In this document: positions 1-9,858 of the stretch, piece by piece
How positions within the stretch are numbered: the stretch's first letter is position 1
Layout of the letters: every line of letters starts with the position of its first letter
Assembly (NCBI GenBank): GCA_963785725.1
Contig: CAWAWS010000039.1
Coordinates: forward strand, 224,001 to 288,000
Origin: an uncultured delta proteobacterium
GTDB taxonomy: Bacteria > Myxococcota_A > Polyangia > Palsa-1104
Direction: 5' to 3'
DNA: 64,000 bases
Position numbers and translations under genes: made by a program
Notes under the pieces: generated by a model
Databases searched by the model: none
The model's input: only the letters and a program-made list of their open reading frames with translations
Told to the model about the DNA's origin: nothing

Positions 1-1665
1 GGCCGTGGCCGCGCCGCGCAGCACCGTTCGCGACGGCGGCGCCGGCCACTCGGGCACGCCGTCTTCGTACGCCGCCGGCGGAATCACCCGTCGCTGCTGC
101 TGCAGCTCCGCGCGTCGCTGCGACACCAGCGCGGGCAGCGCTTGCGGCGGCGAACGGAGCTCGTCCAGCGTCAACAGGAAGGCGTCGTCGGGCGTCGCCA
201 GCGGCAGCGTGCCCGCGTGCGCGAGAATGGCGCGACGAACGGTCGCTTGCGCCGCCAGAAACAAGAGGTCGTCGTCTTCGGCGATCGGCAAGACGTCGCG
301 CACGAGCGGCAAGAGCGTCTGCAGCTCCTGCCGCGCCGCACGATCGAGCCGGTCATACAGCGCGTCGGCCGCGGCCTCGGCGGTCGCGCGCGCGCTCGCC
401 TGACGCTCGGCGGGCGACGCCGGCGACGCCGCCACCAGCGTCGCCAGCGCCTGCACGCGCGCGGGACATTCGCGGTCGGTGGCCGTCGCCACGTCCCAGG
501 CCGGCGCATGATCGCCATACGCGACGAGGTACTCCGCGAGCGTCGCCGTGCCGCGACCGAGGTGCCACAGCTGCTGATCGCGCGCCGTCGTCGCGCCGCC
601 GAGGCCGCCGAGCAGCCCCGCGTGCGCGGTCAGCGGCTCGCCGGTGTTGGCGCGCAGAAACCGATCGAGCGTGGCGCGCGCCAGCGACAGCGACGGTGAC
701 AGCTCGCCCACATAGCGACGATAGACATGCGCGAATGCAGCCAGCGCGCCCTCGAGCGTGGCCTGAGCGGCGGCGAGCGCGTGGCGACAATCGGGCGCGA
801 TCTCGACGTCGAAGCGGCGGCGAAGATGGGCGAGCGCGATCGGGCGTGACGTTCGCGCCGCCGCGCCGCGCTCGACGTAGAGCTGCCCGCCGACGACGAG
901 CTGCTGCGCGCCCACGCCCAGCCCGTCGACGAACGCCACCAGCGACGCCTGCGCCGGCGACAGCGGATCGGGGTTGTGCTCGGCGTCGCGCGTCCAGCGA
1001 CCCGGCAACGGCAGCGCCGGCGCCTCCGACGGCGGCTGGCGCGGCGACGTCAGCGGGCGCGCTTGCAGCCACGTCACCTGCTCGCCGTCGCGCGCGAACT
1101 CGGCGTCGACCGGGCCGCCGACGAGCGTCTCGAGCGCGCGCAAGCCGGTCGCGAGCGCACCATCGTCCTCACGCGCGACGACGGACGCGCGCACGTCGCC
1201 CCATTCGGGCTCGCCCGGCGCGCGCGTCTCGACGCGAAATTGCCCGCCCGCCGAGTGCGCGACGCCATATTCGCGCGCGCCGATCCACGGCTGCAGCAGC
1301 ACCGCCATGCGCGCCTGTTCGGCCGATCCGCGGGCCGCCAGATACGCGCGCACCGCTGGTCCATCGGCGCTGGCACGCACGACGGCGATGGCGCGCGCGA
1401 CCTCGGCCGCATCGGCCACGACCGAGACGAACACGCCCGCGGCGGTCGCGCCCGCGCGATCTTCCAGCGACGCCGACGAACGCACGACGAAGCGCGCCCC
1501 ACCGAGTCGCGCCAAATGCGCCGCCAGCTCCGCAGCATCCACGGATTCGCCGGGCAAAACGACGGCGCCATCGGCCACCCGCAGCCCGGCGGCGCGGGCG
1601 CGCGCCAACGTCTCGGCCTTCCCGCCCGCGTCCAAGAGGCCCACGCAGGCGTCGAGCGCGCGCAT
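1..1665 (-). CDS. PEP/pyruvate-binding (PPDK_N) domain protein of the PEP synthase / rifamycin-phosphotransferase-like type; 3' end lies outside the window
   Basis: Not in the ORF track because no stop is reached. Manual translation from ATG 1665 gives GGKAETLARARAAGLRV, FVVRSSASLED..AAGVF, MAVLLQP, VDAEFARDGEQVTWLQARPLT and, at the window edge, TVLRGAATA (typical lead-in to a His swivel domain). Confidence 0.85.
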   Translation of the reverse strand, partial: MRALDACVGLLDAGGKAETLARARAAGLRVADGAVVLPGESVDAAELAAHLARLGGARFVVRSSASLEDRAGATAAGVFVSVVADAAEVARAIAVVRASADGPAVRAYLAARGSAEQARMAVLLQPWIGAREYGVAHSAGGQFRVETRAPGEPEWGDVRASVVAREDDGALATGLRALETLVGGPVDAEFARDGEQVTWLQARPLTSPRQPPSEAPALPLPGRWTRDAEHNPDPLSPAQASLVAFVDGLGVGAQQLVVGGQLYVERGAAARTSRPIALAHLRRRFDVEIAPDCRHALAAAQATLEGALAAFAHVYRRYVGELSPSLSLARATLDRFLRANTGEPLTAHAGLLGGLGGATTARDQQLWHLGRGTATLAEYLVAYGDHAPAWDVATATDRECPARVQALATLVAASPASPAERQASARATAEAAADALYDRLDRAARQELQTLLPLVRDVLPIAEDDDLLFLAAQATVRRAILAHAGTLPLATPDDAFLLTLDELRSPPQALPALVSQRRAELQQQRRVIPPAAYEDGVPEWPAPPSRTVLRGAATA

Positions 1666-1666
1666 C

Positions 1667-2374
1667 TCAGTCGTTGACGGTGAGGTCGATCTTGCTGCCC
1701 GCCGGCGCCTGCGCGTTGGCCGCGGGATCTTGCTTGATGACGACGCCCGAGTCGTAATCGTCGTTCGAGCCGTATTTGATGTCACCGACGATGAAGCCGG
1801 CCTTTTCCAAGAGCGCCTTGGCGCCCGAGCGGCTCTTGCCGACGACCGCCGGCACCGCCGCCGCCGCCGGACCGCTGGAAAGCTGCAGGTCGATCGTCTG
1901 ATCGGGCTTGGCGTCCGCGCCCACGGCCGGCGACGAGCCAATGACGAGCCCTTTGGCCACCGTCGCCGACGGCGCTTCGCTGACGTTGCCCGCCTTCAGC
2001 TTCGCCTGCTCGAGCGCGTCCCGCGCGGCGTCGCTCGTCAAACCGAGCAGCCGCGGCACTTTGACGATATCGGCCGCTTTGACCAGCGCCGCGTGCACGT
2101 CTTCGCCGCGGCGCATGCGCGACCCGGCCAGCGGACGCTGCTCCATCAACGTGCCCGCGGCCAGCCGCTCATCGGGCCGCTCTTCGTCCAAGATCAGCAG
2201 AAGTCCGCGCGGCTCTAGGAGTCCACGCGCTTGATCGGGCGTCAGACCTTGCAGCGAAGGGACGTCGACCGCGTGGACCGGCAAGCGCGGTTTGACCACG
2301 AAGTGCAAGGCCATGTACGTCGCGGTGGTCATCGTGATCGATAGGACGATCGTCAATAACGCCTGGCGGCCCAT
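1667..2374 (-). CDS. Membrane-anchored protein with three PASTA domains
   Basis: N-terminal hydrophobic helix, then three repeats starting VDVPSLQGLT, VKVPRLLGLT and AAVPAVVGKS, ending in the typical V..Q.P.AG..V pattern. Confidence 0.88.
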   Translation of the reverse strand: MGRQALLTIVLSITMTTATYMALHFVVKPRLPVHAVDVPSLQGLTPDQARGLLEPRGLLLILDEERPDERLAAGTLMEQRPLAGSRMRRGEDVHAALVKAADIVKVPRLLGLTSDAARDALEQAKLKAGNVSEAPSATVAKGLVIGSSPAVGADAKPDQTIDLQLSSGPAAAAVPAVVGKSRSGAKALLEKAGFIVGDIKYGSNDDYDSGVVIKQDPAANAQAPAGSKIDLTVND

Positions 2375-2428
2375 GGGGCGTCATCGTAACACCAAATTGC
2401 CGTCGGCGCGCGCCTCGGCTATCCTGCA

Positions 2429-3424
2429 ATGGTGCGCTTTTTCCTCGTGCTCGCGTGCCTGAACGCCGCAGCGGCGACGTCACGCGCGGAGGAATCCGCG
2501 CCGCCGCCCGTCGCTGCGCCGGCGACGACGTCGGGCGACGCGCTGAAACCGGCCGGCTCCAAAGACGCGATCGAGCAGCCGAAGACCAAAGAATCGGACG
2601 CCTCGAAGATCGACGAGCGCGCGCCCGATAAAGTTCCGCTCATCGCCAAGATCAAAGAGTGCTGCGGCTATCCCGTCGGTGAGAAAGAGGGATTTCGCCT
2701 CAGCTTCTACTGGCTCGCCTACGAATCCGAGTACGCCAACGAGCCTTACGACACCGCGATCTACAGTCGCCAAGGCTTTTACATCGGCAGCTTCCCGTCG
2801 GCGTTCATCTTCGAGCTGAAGCTCGAGGGCTCGGGCATCTTGCGCGACGGCCGCGTCCTCAACTACGACGGCGAGTGCAACTACGGCATGGGCACGTGCT
2901 TCAAGACGTTGGCGCTCGATCAGCATCCGCTCGGCGCCGGCGTGCAAGGCCGGCCGCTCGAGCCGTTCCGTTCGATCGCCGTCGATCCGCGGTTCATCCC
3001 GATCGGCGCGCCGGTGTACGTGCCGGAATTGGTCGGCGTGCTCATGCCCGACGGCACCCGCCACGACGGCTGCCTGCGCGCCGACGACATGGGCGGCGCG
3101 ATCAAGGAGCACAAGCTCGACTTCTTCGTCGAGAGCTACTTCAACTTCAAGTTCATCGCCGACAACTTGTGGTGGCGCATGAAGGCGACGCCGACCGTCG
3201 ACGAGCCGCGCTGCGAATATCTGCGCCATCGCGACTTTGCCATGCGCGATCGCGACAACGAGCACAGCGATTGGGTGCAGCTGCACAAGACGTTCAAGCA
3301 GCATCGGATGGCCGAGAAGGTGGCGCTGCGCAAGGCGGCGCGCAGCCGTTCGATCGCCAAGGCGTGGCTGGCGCACCATAGCGGTGGCGCCCAAAAGCCG
3401 ACCGCGAACGCGCACAAGCGATGA
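2429..3424 (+). CDS. Secreted 3D (Asp-Asp-Asp) domain protein, MltA-like cell-wall hydrolase fold
   Basis: Signal peptide; SIAVDPRFIPIG...ADDMGGAIKEHKLDFFV matches the 3D-domain pattern. Confidence 0.85.
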   Translation: MVRFFLVLACLNAAAATSRAEESAPPPVAAPATTSGDALKPAGSKDAIEQPKTKESDASKIDERAPDKVPLIAKIKECCGYPVGEKEGFRLSFYWLAYESEYANEPYDTAIYSRQGFYIGSFPSAFIFELKLEGSGILRDGRVLNYDGECNYGMGTCFKTLALDQHPLGAGVQGRPLEPFRSIAVDPRFIPIGAPVYVPELVGVLMPDGTRHDGCLRADDMGGAIKEHKLDFFVESYFNFKFIADNLWWRMKATPTVDEPRCEYLRHRDFAMRDRDNEHSDWVQLHKTFKQHRMAEKVALRKAARSRSIAKAWLAHHSGGAQKPTANAHKR

Positions 3425-3867
3425 ACGTCGACGACTTGGCGCTGGCGCTGGGCCTCGGCGCGGCGCGTGGCGCGCGGGCATTGGCGCGAGCCGTGGGCGC
3501 GCCCGAGAACGGGAAGAAGCGCGTGGTTGCGATTGGCGAGGCGGTCGCGCGCGCGGTCGAGCAGGCCGGTCACGAGGCCGTGCGCGCGCAGCTCGACGGC
3601 GGGAAATTGTCGGTCGAGGACGCGACGGCGGATGCGTTGTGCGCGTCGGGCCTGGCCGATCTGACGGTGGCGCCGGCGCTGCTCGGCGAGTGTGTGCGCG
3701 TGCTGCGTGACGGCGGGCGCGTGCTGTTGGCGACGCCGGTCGGGCTCGTCGGACGTGGGCCGGAGCGGCCGCTGTTGACGGCGATGTTCATGCACGCCGG
3801 GCTCGTCGACATCGCGCAGCAGCTCGGGCGCGGCACGGCGATCACCATCGGCACCATTCGCCGCTGA
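3421..3867 (+). CDS. Small degenerate class I SAM-methyltransferase-like protein
   Basis: ATGA overlap with the upstream gene; LLGECVRVLRDGGRVLL resembles the methyltransferase post-II motif; no clear GxGxG. Confidence 0.55.
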   Translation: MNVDDLALALGLGAARGARALARAVGAPENGKKRVVAIGEAVARAVEQAGHEAVRAQLDGGKLSVEDATADALCASGLADLTVAPALLGECVRVLRDGGRVLLATPVGLVGRGPERPLLTAMFMHAGLVDIAQQLGRGTAITIGTIRR

Positions 3868-3869
3868 CG

Positions 3870-4523
3870 ATGCTGCGCGATCGCGTGGCGGAGGCGTCGG
3901 CGCTGCTGCAGCTGCGCGATGAGGCGGCGTGGCGCGCGCTGGAAGCGGCGATGGGCGACGACTGGCGTGACGAGGTCGCCGCGCTACTCGACGGCGACTG
4001 GCACGCGCAGCTGGTGGCGGCGGCAGCGTTGGTGATCGGCGGGCGCGCCGACACCGGCCACGGCAGCGCCGGCAATGACGCGAATGCCGACGCCGGCCAT
4101 GGCGACATCGAAAGCAGCGGCCGGCAGACCGCCGGCACGAACGACGGCGCGCGCGGCAACGGAGACGGCAGCGACGGCGCGGCATTCGCGCAGATCTGGC
4201 GTGCCATCGATGGCGCGAGCTGGATCGCGCCGCAGCTCGTGGCATGCGCGTTCTTCGGCGACGTCGGGTTCGTCGCGCACGCCGAAGAGCGGCTGCTCGG
4301 CGTCGAGCGCCGTCCGCCAAAGACCATCGGCGCGCTCGTCCGCGCCTACCATCGCCTGCCGTCGCCGCGGCTGCCCGTCGTCGCGCAGTTGCGACGCCAC
4401 GACGCGCTGCTCGCCAGCGAAGAGGCGCGCGTCGGCGTGCGCGGCGTGGACGCCTGGCTCGACCGTCTGCCGATGCTCGCCAGCGACGACAGTCGCGCCC
4501 GCTGGCTACGCCAACCGCGTTAA
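3870..4523 (+). CDS. Hypothetical protein with a Gly/Asp-rich insertion
   Basis: Follows the upstream gene by 2 nt; protein-like composition. Confidence 0.6.
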   Translation: MLRDRVAEASALLQLRDEAAWRALEAAMGDDWRDEVAALLDGDWHAQLVAAAALVIGGRADTGHGSAGNDANADAGHGDIESSGRQTAGTNDGARGNGDGSDGAAFAQIWRAIDGASWIAPQLVACAFFGDVGFVAHAEERLLGVERRPPKTIGALVRAYHRLPSPRLPVVAQLRRHDALLASEEARVGVRGVDAWLDRLPMLASDDSRARWLRQPR

Positions 4524-4530
4524 TTGAGAG

Positions 4531-4575
4531 GCTCAGGCGGCTCCAGTCGCCGCCCGAGCTGGGAGCGCGCTCCCG
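4531..4575. terminator. Two GC-rich hairpins between convergent genes
   Basis: gctcaggcggc/gccgcccgagc inverted repeat and gggagcgcgctccc palindrome; no U-tract. Confidence 0.3.
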
Positions 4576-4588
4576 ATCGACGGCGCGA

Positions 4589-5077
4589 CTACTTCTTGGA
4601 CTTATCGGCCGGGGTCGACTGCTGCTGCTGTGACTGCTGCAGCTTGCCGATGACCTTCTGCACCAGCTGATTGCCCCACGTCTGCCCCACCGCCATCGAC
4701 TCCTCGGTAATCTTCGGCAACACCGACACGAACTTCTTCCCCGTCGGTGACGCGTAGAACTTGATGAGCTCGCGGACGTCGTCCTGCGACAGATTTTGAT
4801 CGTAAATGGGCACGATCAAGCTCACCAGCTCCTCGGTATGAATCTCTTTTGCGACGTCGGTCCAGAACGCCTCGGGCACGTTCGGCAGCGACTTTTTCAT
4901 GTTGCTCAACATCTGCGTCAGCACTTGCGTGCCGAGCTCGGCCGAGCCCGTCATCTTCAAAAGCCGACGAATATCCTGCTGTTTCGCCGTCTCTTGCGTC
5001 TGCGCGTGCGCGTTCTGCGACAACATCGCGGTCGCCACGAGGCAGATCACGCCGATCGCCTTGAGCCCGTTTCGCAT
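4589..5077 (-). CDS. DUF2059 family exported protein
   Basis: Signal peptide; IYDQNLSQDDVRELIKFYASPTGKKFV matches the family pattern. Confidence 0.85.
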   Translation of the reverse strand: MRNGLKAIGVICLVATAMLSQNAHAQTQETAKQQDIRRLLKMTGSAELGTQVLTQMLSNMKKSLPNVPEAFWTDVAKEIHTEELVSLIVPIYDQNLSQDDVRELIKFYASPTGKKFVSVLPKITEESMAVGQTWGNQLVQKVIGKLQQSQQQQSTPADKSKK

Positions 5078-5089
5078 TCGCTCTCCTCG

Positions 5090-8000
5090 TTAGAACTTGA
5101 CGTAGACGCGCGTCGAATAGTCGCCGTCGACGATCTCGCGTTCGATTTCGTGGGTCTCCCCGGTGCGCAACGAGTGCAGCCCGATTTTGTGCACGCCGGG
5201 CGTGACCGAGATGCGCTCGTCGTTGGGGCAGCTGAGCCCGCTGTCGGCGCCGTCGACGAGGATGCGCAGCTCGCCATGGCTGCGGCAACGCACCTTGAGC
5301 CCCGCCGGTCCAACGAGCGCCGGCGGCAGCTTCGCCGGCTCCAGCGTCAGCGACAGCGCCGCGCCGGCGTTGGCCGTAATGTCGCGCGTCAGCAGCTTGT
5401 GATGCTCGGCGGCGACGACGAGCTTGTGCGCGCCCGGCGTCAGCGTCAGCTGCGCCGGCGTGCTGCCGCGCGCCTCGCCGTCGATGAAGACGGCAGCCCC
5501 GGCAGGCACGCTGGTGACGCCGAAGCTGCCGCCGGCGGGCGTGTTCGTGATCGGCGACCACGTGGCGGTCGAACGCGGCGCCTCGACGGGCGCAGCTGCC
5601 GGCGGCGGACTCGCCGCGCCTCCTGCGTTTTGCATGCGCGCCATCGCCGCCAAATTCACGATCGCATGATTCGCGTTGCCGTTTGCGGCCGCCGCGTGCG
5701 CGGGCGGCTGATTCGTGGTCGCCGCAGTGCCGGCGGCGGACGTAGCGGCCGCCGCGCCGGCGACCGCGTTCGCGCCGCTCGCACCGACGACGCGCGTGCC
5801 TTTGCCGGCGCTCGCCGTGTCCGTGTTCGCCGCGCTCGCCGGGCCGCTTGCGCCAGTCGCCGCAGCGCCGGAGCTTGGCGCGGCAGTCGCTTTGTGGCTA
5901 TCGACCGCTGAAGTCGCGCCCAGAGCGTCATTGCGCGCCGTTCGAGCGGTGCCCGTCGTGTTGTCGCGCGCAGCCGAACTCGCACCGGCGGCGCCGTTCG
6001 CGGCAGCTGAAGTCGCACCGGCGGCGCCGTTCGCGGCAGCTGAAGTCGCACCGGCGGCGCCGTTCGCGGCAGCCGGAGTGCCGTTCGCCACAGCAGACGT
6101 CGCACCAGCGGCGCCGTTCGAGCCAGCCGAGGTCCTGCCGGCAGTGCCGTTCGTCACAGCGGACGTCGCACCAGCGGCGCCGTTCAACCCAGCCGGGGTC
6201 ATGCCAGCGACGCCGTTCGCGGCAGCGGACGTCGCCCCCGCAGCGCCGTTGACAGCCGCCGAAGTCATCTGTGCACTGCCGCCGCCGATTGACGCGGCCC
6301 CCTGCGGGCCGTTGTCGTTGCCCGCGGCTGAGCTTGCGCCTGCCACGCCATTGCGCCCAACGACGGCTGCGCCGTTGCGCGCGCTCGCGGGGGTTCCCGA
6401 CGAGGTCGTGCCACCCGTCGCTGCACCGGCGTTGGCGGTGGGTCCACCGTTCGTATTGGGTGCGACCGCGGCAGCGCCCGGCGCTCCGACCGCGACGCCG
6501 GTGGCTGCCGGACCGGTCGTCCCGCCCTTCGCTCCGGCCGCGGCCGACGCCTCGTTCGTCGTCGCAGTTGCGCCCTTCACGGCCGGCGCTGGCGCCTCGT
6601 TCGTCGCTCCCGGCGGCAACACGATCGTCGGCGGCCGATCGCCGCGCAAGCCTAGGAAGACCGCGGTTCCGCCCGCCAACGCCAGCCCGGCGATCGCCGC
6701 CATCGCGATCCAATTTGCCGCATTGCGCGGCGGCAGCTTCGTCCCCGGCACCGATGAGCGAATCGGCTCCACCGTTTCCCGGCGCCCCAACGACGGCTGC
6801 GCGAACACCGGCTCCGGCGATGGCAGCGACTGCGCCATCGCCGGAGGCGTCCACGACGCCTCGCCCGCGCCATCGCCGGGCGCGGCCGGCACCAAGCTCA
6901 GCGAGGGCGTGCCCGGCGAACGAGCGCCCGCCGTCGCGTCGCTGGTCATTTGCAGCGTGGCCGAGTCGCGATTCGCGACGGCTCGCCCGCTGGAATCGAC
7001 GAGCGCCAGCGACGAATTCCCCGCCACTGCCGACGGAGCCCCAAGCTCGCCATGGGCCGACTGGGCATCGGATGCATCGAATTGAACGGCTATGCCGCTG
7101 CTCGCCGGATCGGCCGCGGGCTCCTTCGCCGCCGCACGCAGCTCCGACTCCCCCGAGACTGACCAGCGATCGGTGCCGCTCGCCGGCGAAATCGTCCGCC
7201 GCCGCGCCGCCGCTTCGTCGACGGACTTGGTCGTGTCGTCGGCCGCGGCACGATCGGTCCGCTGACTCGCGCCGCTCCCCGCCGACGGCCCGCCGTTCGG
7301 CAGCGCCCGCTCGCCGTCGCCAGCATTCGCGTGCGCGGCGCGTCCCGCCGCCGACGGCAATGAATCGACCGCGGCTCGCGCCGGAAATTCGCCGACAGGC
7401 GGTGACGCCGCATCCTTGACGAACCGCGTGGTCGTCGCATCATCGGCCGCGGTCCGCTGGCGCTCGCTGTCGAGGAGGCTCGTCAGCGCGATGCGCGCGA
7501 CCGCGGTCGCACCGTTCGCGACCGGCGCGGGCTCCACCCGACCCGCGTCGTCCGCGCCCGATTCCGGTGTACGCGCCGCCGGACCCGCGCTCGCGCCCGG
7601 CCGTTCATCGGCATCATCGACGACGACATCGCCCCAATCATCCTCGGCCGCGGCTCTTGCACGATCACTCGCGCCCGCGTAGTGCCCGGCGATGACTGGG
7701 GCGTTGGCATCGTGAACATCCGCCGTCAGCTTCGCGCGCGCACCCGAGGCGACCGAATCTGCCGCCGACCGTGACTCCACTGACGCGACCGCCGAACGTA
7801 ACCCCAGCGCATCGGCGTGCTCGCGCCCGTCCGACGAGTCCGCGCGCTGTCCGCCCGCCGCAATGCTCGCGCGCTGCCCGACAGCCGCATCGCCCGCCGT
7901 CCGCTCGCCGATGTCCTCAGTAGCCAGTGTCGCTGCGAAATCGCGACCAACACCGCTGGGATCCGCGAATGGCAAGCCACCTCTCGCAGCAGCACCGGCA

Positions 8001-9787
8001 ACGCCGCGCGCATCACCTGCAGCTCCGCCGCCAACACCACGCCGATCACCCGCCGATCCGCCGCCAACACCGCTTGCACCACCAGACGCTGCGCCGCTCG
8101 CAATGCCTGCCGTTCGGCCGGCAACGCCACTTGCATGACTTGCCGCTTCGCCGAAGCCTCCGGCCAGGTTCGTCGCAGCGTCCGCCACTGCCGTCGTACG
8201 GGCGTTCGCGACTATAGCCGGGCCGAGATCGCCCACGCCCCGCGACGTACCGGCGTTCGCGACTATGTCCGAGCCGGCGTCGCCCACGCCCGGCGATGTA
8301 CCAGCGTTCGATCGCGCGCCCACCGACTGCGTCCCGGCGTTGACTCCAGTCGGGAATGCAGCAGCGCCGGAATGAGCACCGAGCGCCTCGGTCGTCGCCG
8401 CGACATCCGCAAACGCATCTGCGGTCGCGCTCGCGATCGTCGCGTCGACCGGGCCATTGGCACTGCTCGCGCCAACGGCTGCGTGCTCGCCGATCGACAT
8501 CGTCGCCAGCCGCGCACCGCCATGCTGGTCGTCGCCCACGCGTGGCATCCGATGCGTCTCGGCATCTTCGACGTGCACCGGCGGTGTCGTCCGCTCGGTC
8601 GTTGCGCCGGTGAGCTCGATCATGTCCTCCGGCCCGAGCGTCATCTCCGACGGCCCGATTCCGGCGAGCGTGTTCTGCCGCGGCACGGCCGCCATCGTTC
8701 CCGTCGTTCGTGAGGCGGGCGGCGCCCAAGGCCGCGCGCCCGTCGTTGCAGTCGTCGGCTCGGCATGCGCCATCGCGTCGCTCGGAATCGGCGGCGGCTT
8801 GCTCGGCGTCAATGGCGTCAGCAAATCGCCCGTCGTCATCGACATGCTAATCGCCGAAAACGCGCCCGTCCGACGCTCACGTGGCAACGCCAGCCGACGC
8901 ACGAGCGCGCTCAAATCCGAGTGTGCCCGCTCACTGCGACCGCGCACGACCTCTTGCAGCGCCACGCGCATCTCGCGCATCGTCGCAAAGCGCGCGGCCC
9001 GATCCGGCTGCAGCGCGCGCGTAATGATCTTTTGCAGCCGCGGATCCGCGGGCGGTGGCGGCGGCGGACCGGCCACGATCGACTGGCGCAGCTCGGCCGC
9101 GCGATCGCTGAAGAACACGCGCGCACCACCAGTCAGCTCATGCAGCAGCACGCCGAGCGAGAAAATGTCGGCACCGGCGTCCATGCCTTCGCCGCGCCAG
9201 ACCTCGGGCGCCAAGTAGGCCAGCGTCGGCGTCAGCGAATCGTCGTCGCTCCAGCCGGGCTGAATCATGCCCGTGAGCAGCCCAACATCGATGAGCTTGA
9301 GGCCGCCTTCATAGGTGACCATCACCGACTGCGCCGTCAGACCGAGGTGCAAGACGCCGTTGGGTCGCACGGTCGTGTGCGCGTGCGCATATTCGAGCGC
9401 CTCGGCTACATCGACGGCGATCGTCGCCGCCACATCGGCGGGCAGCGCTTCGCCGCGCATCTGCAGCAGATCGAGCAGCCGCCGCAAATCGAGCCCGCGA
9501 ACGAGATCGACGACGATATAGTAGTGCGCACCCTGAGCATTGACTTCGTGGACGCGGGTGATCCGTTGATGATCGAGCGCCGCGAACGCCGACGCTGCCT
9601 GCACGAAGCGCGTCACGAAGTTCTCGTCGGCGCTGAGTTGTAGATGTAACCGCTTGACCGCGAACTGCTTTTCGAAACCGGAGACGCCGTAGATCTTGGC
9701 GCGGAAGGTTTCGCCGAGCGGCCCCGATCCCAGCTGCTCGATGCAGTTGTACCGACCGAGGTAGAAGGTGCGACTGTTCGAATCCAT
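5090..9787 (-). CDS. Ser/Thr kinase-like (probable pseudokinase) protein with long low-complexity linker, one TM helix and C-terminal PEGA domain(s)
   Basis: GRY..LGSGPLGE, FAVKRL, DVG, YLAPE and ADIFSLG subdomains; TM WIAMAAIAGLALAGGTAVFLGL; PEGA VTSVPAGAAVFIDG..RGSTP. Start placed at ATG 9787. Confidence 0.85.
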   Translation of the reverse strand: MDSNSRTFYLGRYNCIEQLGSGPLGETFRAKIYGVSGFEKQFAVKRLHLQLSADENFVTRFVQAASAFAALDHQRITRVHEVNAQGAHYYIVVDLVRGLDLRRLLDLLQMRGEALPADVAATIAVDVAEALEYAHAHTTVRPNGVLHLGLTAQSVMVTYEGGLKLIDVGLLTGMIQPGWSDDDSLTPTLAYLAPEVWRGEGMDAGADIFSLGVLLHELTGGARVFFSDRAAELRQSIVAGPPPPPPADPRLQKIITRALQPDRAARFATMREMRVALQEVVRGRSERAHSDLSALVRRLALPRERRTGAFSAISMSMTTGDLLTPLTPSKPPPIPSDAMAHAEPTTATTGARPWAPPASRTTGTMAAVPRQNTLAGIGPSEMTLGPEDMIELTGATTERTTPPVHVEDAETHRMPRVGDDQHGGARLATMSIGEHAAVGASSANGPVDATIASATADAFADVAATTEALGAHSGAAAFPTGVNAGTQSVGARSNAGTSPGVGDAGSDIVANAGTSRGVGDLGPAIVANARTTAVADAATNLAGGFGEAASHASGVAGRTAGIASGAASGGASGVGGGSAGDRRGVGGGAAGDARGVAGAAARGGLPFADPSGVGRDFAATLATEDIGERTAGDAAVGQRASIAAGGQRADSSDGREHADALGLRSAVASVESRSAADSVASGARAKLTADVHDANAPVIAGHYAGASDRARAAAEDDWGDVVVDDADERPGASAGPAARTPESGADDAGRVEPAPVANGATAVARIALTSLLDSERQRTAADDATTTRFVKDAASPPVGEFPARAAVDSLPSAAGRAAHANAGDGERALPNGGPSAGSGASQRTDRAAADDTTKSVDEAAARRRTISPASGTDRWSVSGESELRAAAKEPAADPASSGIAVQFDASDAQSAHGELGAPSAVAGNSSLALVDSSGRAVANRDSATLQMTSDATAGARSPGTPSLSLVPAAPGDGAGEASWTPPAMAQSLPSPEPVFAQPSLGRRETVEPIRSSVPGTKLPPRNAANWIAMAAIAGLALAGGTAVFLGLRGDRPPTIVLPPGATNEAPAPAVKGATATTNEASAAAGAKGGTTGPAATGVAVGAPGAAAVAPNTNGGPTANAGAATGGTTSSGTPASARNGAAVVGRNGVAGASSAAGNDNGPQGAASIGGGSAQMTSAAVNGAAGATSAAANGVAGMTPAGLNGAAGATSAVTNGTAGRTSAGSNGAAGATSAVANGTPAAANGAAGATSAAANGAAGATSAAANGAAGASSAARDNTTGTARTARNDALGATSAVDSHKATAAPSSGAAATGASGPASAANTDTASAGKGTRVVGASGANAVAGAAAATSAAGTAATTNQPPAHAAAANGNANHAIVNLAAMARMQNAGGAASPPPAAAPVEAPRSTATWSPITNTPAGGSFGVTSVPAGAAVFIDGEARGSTPAQLTLTPGAHKLVVAAEHHKLLTRDITANAGAALSLTLEPAKLPPALVGPAGLKVRCRSHGELRILVDGADSGLSCPNDERISVTPGVHKIGLHSLRTGETHEIEREIVDGDYSTRVYVKF
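5975..6270 (-). repeat. 33-nt (11-aa, GATSAAANGAA) coding tandem repeat, about 9 degenerate copies
   Basis: Repeated gtcgcaccggcggcgccgttcgcggcagctgaa-like units within the kinase-like gene. Confidence 0.85.
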
Positions 9788-9858
9788 ACCCGGGCGATAT
9801 CGTACCACGGCGCGGGTCGGATTTGCCCACCGCGGCTCTTTACCGCTATGCTGGAATC

